Shown here: positions 56,501-64,000 of the stretch, piece after piece
How the letters are laid out: each line of letters starts with the position of its first letter
Position numbering within the stretch: position 1 is the first letter of the stretch
Virus record (IMG/VR): IMGVR_UViG_3300017731_000001
Reading direction: 5' to 3' (one strand)
DNA length: 64,000 nt
Origin: a virus
Made by a program: the position numbers and the translations under genes
Notes under the pieces: model-generated
What the model was told of the DNA's origin: nothing
What the model saw: only the letters and a program-made list of their open reading frames with translations
Databases searched by the model: none

Positions 56501-59500
56501 ATGTCACAAAAAACAAACTTAAATATCAATCCATATTATGATGACTATGATTCTGAAAAGAATTTTTATAAGGTCTTATTTAAACCAGGATTTCCAGTTC
56601 AAGCAAGAGAATTAACAACGTTACAATCTGTTCTGCAGGGACAGGTAGAATCTTTTGGTAGTCATATATTTAAAGAAGGTTCAGTTGTTATACCGGGAAA
56701 TATTTCTTATGATGGCCAGTTTTATGCTGTAAAACTTAATGCTACTAGTGCTGGAATTGATGTCGCACTGTATATTGAAAATTTTATAGGTAAAAAAATA
56801 ATTGGTCAAGAATCAGGCACTACTGCCAAAATTCAACAAATTGAATTTGCTGATAATAATAATTTTGAATTTTTGACAATTTACGTAAAATATCTAGACT
56901 CTGATAACGATTTTGAATTTACTCCGTTTCAAGATGGAGAATCCTTATCTTGTGTGGATAATGTAACTTATGGAAACACTACTATTCCTGCAGAAACAGA
57001 ATTTGCATCTTTAATCGCATCAGATGCAACTGCTATTGGTTCTGCAGCTTCCATTGGTAAGGGGGTTTATTTTATTAGAGGATATTTTGTAAATGTTTCG
57101 CAGCAAACTTTACTTTTAGATAATTATACGAATACACCATCATATAGAGTTGGTTTAAAAATTGATGAGTTAATTTTAGGGTCTAAAGATGATGAGTCTT
57201 TATTTGATAATGCAAAAGGATTTACAAATTTTGCCGCGCCAGGTGCAGATAGATTTAAAATAAATTTAACTCTTACCAAAAAATTAATATCAGACGTTAA
57301 TGATACAGATTTTGTTGAACTTTTAAGATTAAAAGATGGTAAGATTCAAAAAATTACCACAAAAACACAATATAATCAAATTCGTGATTATATGGCTGAA
57401 AGAACATATGATGAATCTGGTGATTATGCAGTAATACCATTTGATCCGTCAGTTCATAATTCATTGAATAATAGACTAGGGAATAACGGTCTTTTCTTCT
57501 CCAATGAATTAACAGAACAAAGAAATACACCATCCGAAGATTTGATGTGTTTCAAAATATCTCCAGGAAAAGCATATGGGAGGGGATATGATGTAGAAAA
57601 AGTTGGAACTACAATAATTGATGTAGACAAACCTAGAGATACACAAAAAGAATCTAACGTAACTGTCCCATTTGAGATGGGAAATTTACTTAGAGTTAAT
57701 AACGTTACTGGTGTTCCTCAAAACAAAGCAACAATTCAATTATTAAATAGAAAAACAGGTGATACAGAATCAGTAATAGGTGACGCTAGAGTATATACCT
57801 TTAATCTTACAGATGCTGCATATTCTGGAGTAGAAACAAAGTATGATTTGAGATTATATGATATTCAAACATATACAAAATTATCCCTCAATCAGAGCGT
57901 AGATGCCACTGATATGCCAGAGGGATCTTTTATTAAAGGTAAGAGTAGTGGTGCAAGTGGATTTCTTGTTGGTGCTGGTGGAGGAGCGTCTGTAGGTATT
58001 TTATTGAGACAAACTTCTGGTTCTTTTGCTAAAGGAGAGCAAATAACTATTAATGGAGTTGATTTCTCAAGAACAATTTCAGATTTTATTGAATATGGAA
58101 CTCAAAATATTAAATCAGTAAAACAGGCAGCGGGTAGTGGTTTTCCTGCATTTACGGCAGATTCAGTTCTTGAAAAATTTGATATGCCCAATGGAATATC
58201 ACAAATATCAATTCCATTAGTTGGTAATTTAGGAAATACTGGTGTTTCAACAGTAACAGTAACAGGAAACGTATTCAGTGGAATAAAAACTGATACTCTT
58301 ATTTCATATCAAAGACCAGGATTTAGTACCGAAACTGTTAATAGAGTTTCTTCTATCTCTGCGGATAAACTTTCTATAGAACTTAGTCCAGTCAGTGCTG
58401 GTGCCGGAATCACTGGTGTTTATGATGGCAAGTTACCTTCTGGAAGTGGAAATCTTTTAGTTACACCACTTGCTCGTGGACCAATTATTGATAGTGAAAA
58501 TGCACAGTTATTTTCACGATTGCCAGATATTAATATTTCTTCAGTAGATTTACTTAATTCAACATTTACAGTTGTCGATCAAATAACTGGAGAATCTACC
58601 GATTCTTCTGGCACATTGACATTTGATCTTTCAAGTATTTCTGGAATAACCAGTGCTTCTTTTGCAACTTTTGATCAGGAGAGATATGGCGTTCATTATT
58701 CTACCGGAATAGCAGGAACAATTACAAGTGATACTTTTGATTTAACAAATAATGTCGTAACAATTAAAGGATTGAGAGCAAGTCAATCAAATATTATTGT
58801 AAATACAACTCTTACTAAATTTGGAGTTCAAAGTAAGATTAAGCAATATAATAGAAGTCAGACATTAAATATAACAAGATCAAAATATTCCGATTCTGGA
58901 GTTGGTATTAATACTTCCAACAATGATGGACTCAATTTTAATACTCAATATGGATTAAGAGTTCAGGATGAAGAAATTTCTTTAAACTATCCAGATGTTG
59001 CAAAAGTTATAGTAATTTATGAATCTTTGGGAACAGGAAATCCCACTTTAGATAAATTTCAGTTTACTTCAACCGCTAATGTTCAAACGAATGCAATAAT
59101 TGGGGAAAATATAGTAGGAAATTCTAGTAATGCGATTGCTAGAGTTGTTTCATCTCCATCTGCAAATAATTTAGAGTTAGTATATTTGTCCGACGATGTA
59201 TTTAATGTTGGCGAAACAGTAACTTTCCAAGAATCAAATATAATTACAGAAATAGAAACTATTACATTGGGAAGTTATAAAGATGTAACTCAATTATTTA
59301 AATTGAATAAGGGACAGAAGGATGAATATTATGATTATTCCAGAATTGTTAGAAATAAAAATGTTCCAGAACCAACTCGTAGATTATTAGTCATCTTCGA
59401 TTATTATTCTGTGCCATCTGATGATAATGGAGATGCATTTACTGTATTGAGTTATGATGAAGAAAGATTTGCACAAGATATACCAACCATAGGTCGTTAT

Positions 59501-62500
59501 AGAATAAGAGCAACGGACACTTTAGATTTCCGTCCAAGAGTATCCGTATTTGATCCAACTACTGCAACAATTTCTCCGTTTGATTTTAGTTCTAGAAGTT
59601 TTGATTCGGTTCCAAAACTTTTAATGGCACCTGGAGAAGGGTCCATTGTAGGGTATGAGTATTATCTTCCTAGAATTGATAAATTATATATTGATAAATA
59701 TGGAACTTTTATTGTTGAAAAAGGAATATCATCAAAGTATCCCAAAGCACCCACTAAAAATGATGCATTGTTAGAAATTGCTAGCATCAATCTTCCACCT
59801 TACTTATATGTTCCACAAAATGCTTCTATAACTCTGATTGATAATAGAAGATTTACCATGAGAGACATTGGTGATATTGAAGATCGGGTTGAAAATTTGG
59901 AAAGAATAACTTCATTATCGTTATTAGAGTTAAATACACAGACGTTACAAATTAGAGATGCTGACGGAAAAAATAGATTTAAAAGTGGATTCTTTGTTGA
60001 CGATTTTAAAAATTATTCTTTAATTGACAGACCATTATCTTCTATACAAATTAATCCAACAGCAGAAGAATTAATACCAATTATTAGTAGAAATTCTCTT
60101 AAATCACAAATTGCACAAATTGATGATATTATCCCTCAAAGTTTAGATTTTATTAGTAATTTTGATTTATTAGATCCAAATGTTCAGAAGACTGGAGATT
60201 CGGTAACTTTAAAGTATGACGAGATAGATTGGATTGAACAACCAATAGCAACTACAGTAGAAAATGTTAATCCATTTCATGTTGTTGTATATACTGGAGA
60301 TATTGAATTGAATCCAGCAGTTGATACTTGGGTTAGAACTATTCAACTTCCAGATAGAAGTATTAGAACTTCCACCAGTAGATCTAGAACTCTTACACAA
60401 AATCTTACCAGCAGGATAAATTTAAATCTAGGCACAGCATCGATTGATGGTCAAACCACTACTAACACTAATCTGGACCGTATAGGAACAAGAGATCTTA
60501 GATTAGTTCACAGAACTGGAGTAAGAACTAATGTAAGAAACCAAAATCTCAGTGCCAGTAGTTCAAGTTTTGATTCTAGCACAACTGTTGATACTATTAG
60601 TTTTGATGATATTAGTATTAGGAATGAACATATTTCATCTTCGGATGAAGTATTCATGAGATCTAGAAATACTGAATTTTTAGTATCTAATCTCAAACCA
60701 TCCACAAGATTCTATCAATTTCTTGATGGAAACAGTGGCGTTGATTTTATTCCAAAATTAATTGAAATTGCAAATAGTGAATCTTTGGCAACTTACGGAA
60801 CTTCCAATGGTTCTTTCGTAATTGGAGAGACGGTAGTTGGATCTGCCGCAGGTGCAGGTGGAATTGGTCCATCTATTTCATTCAGAGTTGCTACACCAAA
60901 TCATAAATATGGAGGATTTAATAATCCGTCATCAGTATTTAATGTAAATCCATATGTAACCTCAGAGTCTATACCCTCAACATATAGTCAATCCTCCAAA
61001 ATTCTCAATGTTGATACTTCTTCTTTATCTGAAGAAGCACAGGGATTATATTCTGGTTATATTATACAAGGAATGAAATTAGTTGGTCAAACTAGCGGCG
61101 CAATTGCATATGTAAAAGATATTAGATTAATTTCAGATAACTATGGAGATTTAATAGGATCCTTCTTTATAAGAGATCCAAATGCAATACCAGTCCCTTC
61201 AGTTAGACTCCAGACTGGAACAAAGACATTTAAAGTTACTTCTAGTGCTTCAAATGATTTGGGTCTTCCAGGAAGCAATTCAGTTTCTTTTGCAGAAGCA
61301 AATTATAGTTCTACAGGTTCTTTAGAGCAGTGGCAAAATGAAGTTACTACTCGCACTGATAACCTTACAACTACATCCGTAATAAATCTTAGAACTCAAG
61401 CATCCGCATCTCTAGCAATTTCACAATCAGACACTGTAATTACTGAAACATATTCTGATCCATTAGCTCAAACATTTATTGTTGGAGGAAATGTAGAGGC
61501 ACCATCAGATATTGATACTAGTGAAGATATAAATGGAGCATTCTTAACTGCTGTTGATATTTTCTTTGCCAGAATAGACGAAGGAAACTCTCCAGTTAAA
61601 ATTCAAATCAGAACTACAGAATTAGGATTCCCAACTAGAACTGTTTTGGGAAAAACAGTCACTTTAAGACCTACAACTGTCGATGCTAATGGCAATATTG
61701 TAAAAAATATTCAAACATCAGATACTGGAGATATTGCTACAAAAGTAATATTCCCAGAACCTATTTTTCTACCACCCGGAAGAGAATATGCTGTTGTTCT
61801 CTTGGCACCAACTAGTGATGAATATGAAGTGTGGACGGCCACCATGGGCGAAACTTCTGTAGCATCTGTCAATCTTCCACCAAATTCAAATGCACAAAGT
61901 GCTGTTTATTCAAGACAATTTGCGCTTGGAAGTTTATTCAAATCTCAAAATGGATCTATTTGGACTCCTAATCAGTATCAAGATCTTAAATTTAAACTTT
62001 ATAAAGCACAATTTACTTCTCAAACAGGAACAGCATTCTTCTACAATCCAGTATTGGATAAGAGTAATGATTATGTTTCTAAATTATCTATCGATCCGGT
62101 AAGAACTTTACCAAAAACTGGAACAATTGGTATTACCACCATCAGCGGATCTTCTGCTAATATTGGAATACTGACCACAGGAAGAAAACTTGCAGGTGCC
62201 AATAATACTAATGGATCTGCAATTGTTGTCGGTAGAGGAAGTTCTATAACAACATTAGGTGTGACTGAAGGTGGTTCTGGTTATGTGGTAGATTCTAGTG
62301 TAAATACTTTTAATGTAGTCGGTGGTGGTTCTGGATTAAAATTAAATATTAGTGGTATTAATGCTGATACCGGTGCAATTACTGGTATTGCTGCAGCATC
62401 CGCAAAAGAAGATCGTGGTAATGGATATAAAATAGGTGATGTTGTTGGTATTGTTACCTCAACTGTTTCTAGTTCAACTGGAAAAGATGCGAGAATTACA

Positions 62501-64000
62501 ATTACCGGAATTTCAACAGATGTTGATACACTTTATGTTTCGAATGTTCAAGGAGAATTTGGTTCTAGTGGTACTGGAAAAGCATTTACAGTAGGCGCTG
62601 GAATAAGTTACTTTGCTAATGATGGAACATTAACTTCTATAGGAACTAATGATATATTAACTGTTACTGGAACAGGTGGTGTATATTCTGGAAACTATAT
62701 GAGGGTAAATCATTTCAATCATGGAATGTACTCCAATACAAATAAGGTGATATTGAGTGATGTTCAGTCTAATATTGAACCGACAACTTTATCTGCAACA
62801 TTATCAGTTAGCGATATTACTAGTGTCAGCGTAGCAAACACTAGCAACTTTACCACGTTTGAAGGTGTGGATGTAAGTGCATCAAATCCGGGATACATTA
62901 AAATAAATAATGAAATTATTACTTATGATGGTGTAGGTTCTGGATCACTTTCAATTGCTAGTGATGGAAGAGCAACGGATTCTACTATTGCAGAATTGCA
63001 TGATATTAATAACATCGTTTATAAGTATGAACTTAATGGAATCTCTTTGAGAAGAATAAATAAAACTCACACTATTGCGGAACCAATTGAAATTGACAAT
63101 TATAGTATTGTTGTTGATGTATCCGCAAATGGGGTTGATAGAAGTGTTGATGGAACTCCTGAAGGAATGCCGCAACTTAATTTCTCTAATGAAGCATCTA
63201 CTGGCGGAAATGCTATTAGAGCAACAGAAAATATTCTGTATGATTCTATAGTTCCAACTTATGACATAATTACTCCAGGTTCTTCTACTTCCATAAATGG
63301 GACAATAAGAACTATTAGTGGAACTAGTGTTGATGGAAATGAATCTTCATTCAATGATAATGGATTTGAACCAATTGGGATAAATGTGTTAAATACTTTG
63401 AATTCTCCGAGAATTGTTTGTTCTGAAGTAAATGAAAAACAATTCTTACCAAATCTCCCCAAAAACAAATCTTTTACAACAGGAATAACTTTAAATTCTA
63501 ATGATTCTAATTTATCTCCACAAATAAATTTAGATACTGCATTTACAGAGTTTAGATTTAGTCGTTTTAATAAACCAGTTATCGATTATGCGTCTGATGG
63601 TAGAGTCAAATCAATTTTCAATGATCCACACTCTGCAATATATGTTTCTAACACTGTATTTTTGTCAAATCCTGCTACATCACTCAAAGTAATTTTAAAT
63701 GCATATAGACATCAATCTGCAGACTTTAGAGTTCTTTATAATTTAATAAGATCAGATTCTGGGGAAGTTGATCAAACATTTGAATTATTCCCTGGATATG
63801 ATAATTTAACTTTTACTGATGATCTTGGATATACTATCATAGATTCATCTAAGAATAGTGGACTACCGGATAAGTTTGTTCCAGCAAGTTTGTCTAATCA
63901 ATTTTTAGAATATGATTTTACTGCAAATGAATTGCCATTGTTCATTGGATACACAATTAAAATTGTAATGTCTGGTACTAATCAGGCATATCCCCCAAGA
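56501..64000 (+). CDS. Very large virion structural protein (VrlC-like); runs off the window end, so absent from the ORF track
   Basis: Starts MSQKTNLNINPYYDDY...VLFKPGFPVQARELTTLQS; the same frame at the window end reads KIVMSGTNQAYPPR; intervening frame not checked codon by codon. Confidence 0.8.
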   Translation, partial: MSQKTNLNINPYYDDYDSEKNFYKVLFKPGFPVQARELTTLQSVLQGQVESFGSHIFKEGSVVIPGNISYDGQFYAVKLNATSAGIDVALYIENFIGKKIIGQESGTTAKIQQIEFADNNNFEFLTIYVKYLDSDNDFEFTPFQDGESLSCVDNVTYGNTTIPAETEFASLIASDATAIGSAASIGKGVYFIRGYFVNVSQQTLLLDNYTNTPSYRVGLKIDELILGSKDDESLFDNAKGFTNFAAPGADRFKINLTLTKKLISDVNDTDFVELLRLKDGKIQKITTKTQYNQIRDYMAERTYDESGDYAVIPFDPSVHNSLNNRLGNNGLFFSNELTEQRNTPSEDLMCFKISPGKAYGRGYDVEKVGTTIIDVDKPRDTQKESNVTVPFEMGNLLRVNNVTGVPQNKATIQLLNRKTGDTESVIGDARVYTFNLTDAAYSGVETKYDLRLYDIQTYTKLSLNQSVDATDMPEGSFIKGKSSGASGFLVGAGGGASVGILLRQTSGSFAKGEQITINGVDFSRTISDFIEYGTQNIKSVKQAAGSGFPAFTADSVLEKFDMPNGISQISIPLVGNLGNTGVSTVTVTGNVFSGIKTDTLISYQRPGFSTETVNRVSSISADKLSIELSPVSAGAGITGVYDGKLPSGSGNLLVTPLARGPIIDSENAQLFSRLPDINISSVDLLNSTFTVVDQITGESTDSSGTLTFDLSSISGITSASFATFDQERYGVHYSTGIAGTITSDTFDLTNNVVTIKGLRASQSNIIVNTTLTKFGVQSKIKQYNRSQTLNITRSKYSDSGVGINTSNNDGLNFNTQYGLRVQDEEISLNYPDVAKVIVIYESLGTGNPTLDKFQFTSTANVQTNAIIGENIVGNSSNAIARVVSSPSANNLELVYLSDDVFNVGETVTFQESNIITEIETITLGSYKDVTQLFKLNKGQKDEYYDYSRIVRNKNVPEPTRRLLVIFDYYSVPSDDNGDAFTVLSYDEERFAQDIPTIGRYRIRATDTLDFRPRVSVFDPTTATISPFDFSSRSFDSVPKLLMAPGEGSIVGYEYYLPRIDKLYIDKYGTFIVEKGISSKYPKAPTKNDALLEIASINLPPYLYVPQNASITLIDNRRFTMRDIGDIEDRVENLERITSLSLLELNTQTLQIRDADGKNRFKSGFFVDDFKNYSLIDRPLSSIQINPTAEELIPIISRNSLKSQIAQIDDIIPQSLDFISNFDLLDPNVQKTGDSVTLKYDEIDWIEQPIATTVENVNPFHVVVYTGDIELNPAVDTWVRTIQLPDRSIRTSTSRSRTLTQNLTSRINLNLGTASIDGQTTTNTNLDRIGTRDLRLVHRTGVRTNVRNQNLSASSSSFDSSTTVDTISFDDISIRNEHISSSDEVFMRSRNTEFLVSNLKPSTRFYQFLDGNSGVDFIPKLIEIANSESLATYGTSNGSFVIGETVVGSAAGAGGIGPSISFRVATPNHKYGGFNNPSSVFNVNPYVTSESIPSTYSQSSKILNVDTSSLSEEAQGLYSGYIIQGMKLVGQTSGAIAYVKDIRLISDNYGDLIGSFFIRDPNAIPVPSVRLQTGTKTFKVTSSASNDLGLPGSNSVSFAEANYSSTGSLEQWQNEVTTRTDNLTTTSVINLRTQASASLAISQSDTVITETYSDPLAQTFIVGGNVEAPSDIDTSEDINGAFLTAVDIFFARIDEGNSPVKIQIRTTELGFPTRTVLGKTVTLRPTTVDANGNIVKNIQTSDTGDIATKVIFPEPIFLPPGREYAVVLLAPTSDEYEVWTATMGETSVASVNLPPNSNAQSAVYSRQFALGSLFKSQNGSIWTPNQYQDLKFKLYKAQFTSQTGTAFFYNPVLDKSNDYVSKLSIDPVRTLPKTGTIGITTISGSSANIGILTTGRKLAGANNTNGSAIVVGRGSSITTLGVTEGGSGYVVDSSVNTFNVVGGGSGLKLNISGINADTGAITGIAAASAKEDRGNGYKIGDVVGIVTSTVSSSTGKDARITITGISTDVDTLYVSNVQGEFGSSGTGKAFTVGAGISYFANDGTLTSIGTNDILTVTGTGGVYSGNYMRVNHFNHGMYSNTNKVILSDVQSNIEPTTLSATLSVSDITSVSVANTSNFTTFEGVDVSASNPGYIKINNEIITYDGVGSGSLSIASDGRATDSTIAELHDINNIVYKYELNGISLRRINKTHTIAEPIEIDNYSIVVDVSANGVDRSVDGTPEGMPQLNFSNEASTGGNAIRATENILYDSIVPTYDIITPGSSTSINGTIRTISGTSVDGNESSFNDNGFEPIGINVLNTLNSPRIVCSEVNEKQFLPNLPKNKSFTTGITLNSNDSNLSPQINLDTAFTEFRFSRFNKPVIDYASDGRVKSIFNDPHSAIYVSNTVFLSNPATSLKVILNAYRHQSADFRVLYNLIRSDSGEVDQTFELFPGYDNLTFTDDLGYTIIDSSKNSGLPDKFVPASLSNQFLEYDFTANELPLFIGYTIKIVMSGTNQAYPPR

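Noticed and set aside
519-63468. Minus-strand and nested short ORFs in the ORF track
   Set aside because: They are shadows of long + strand genes or of repeat regions, with no recognisable motifs or translation signals.
1-64000. tRNA/rRNA genes, introns, inteins
   Set aside because: No cloverleaf or T-loop pattern was noticed in intergenic gaps and no interrupted core genes were seen; a tRNAscan/Infernal run would be needed to exclude them formally.

Overview
A 64-kb, AT-rich fragment of a T4-like marine cyanophage (cyanomyovirus) genome. Every credible gene is on the + strand. (1) 1-19.9 kb is a late tail/baseplate module: gp54-like, gp26, gp51, two ~550-aa tape-measure-like proteins (one with an M23 peptidase), a hub protein, gp5-like genes, and fibre proteins with S74 chaperone domains. 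(2) 19.9-38.4 kb is an accessory/early region of small genes: an SF2 helicase, CP12, an NblA-like peptide, two nuclease+methyltransferase pairs, three 2OG-Fe(II) oxygenases, a Gly-rich adhesin-like protein and a ligase-like protein. It is punctuated by about 12 copies of a 22-bp palindrome, 11 of them a fixed 29-30 nt upstream of a -10 box and often overlapping the 3' end of the preceding gene. A second repeat (TAAGTAACAC) marks the ends of five mini-genes at 35.6-36.8 kb. An origin-like non-coding locus at 34.5-35.1 kb has three DnaA boxes, 11-bp tandem repeats, an antisense promoter and an ACGAGA array. (3) 38.5-64 kb has AbrB-like and glycosyltransferase genes, then gp25, gp6, gp7 (4009 aa), gp8 and a very large structural protein that runs off the window. 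Best leads: the repeat-delimited gene-cassette architecture, the DnaA-box locus, and a probable -1 frameshift fusing gp26 to gp51. Product calls come from motif recognition and synteny only; no database searches were run, and counts were made by hand.
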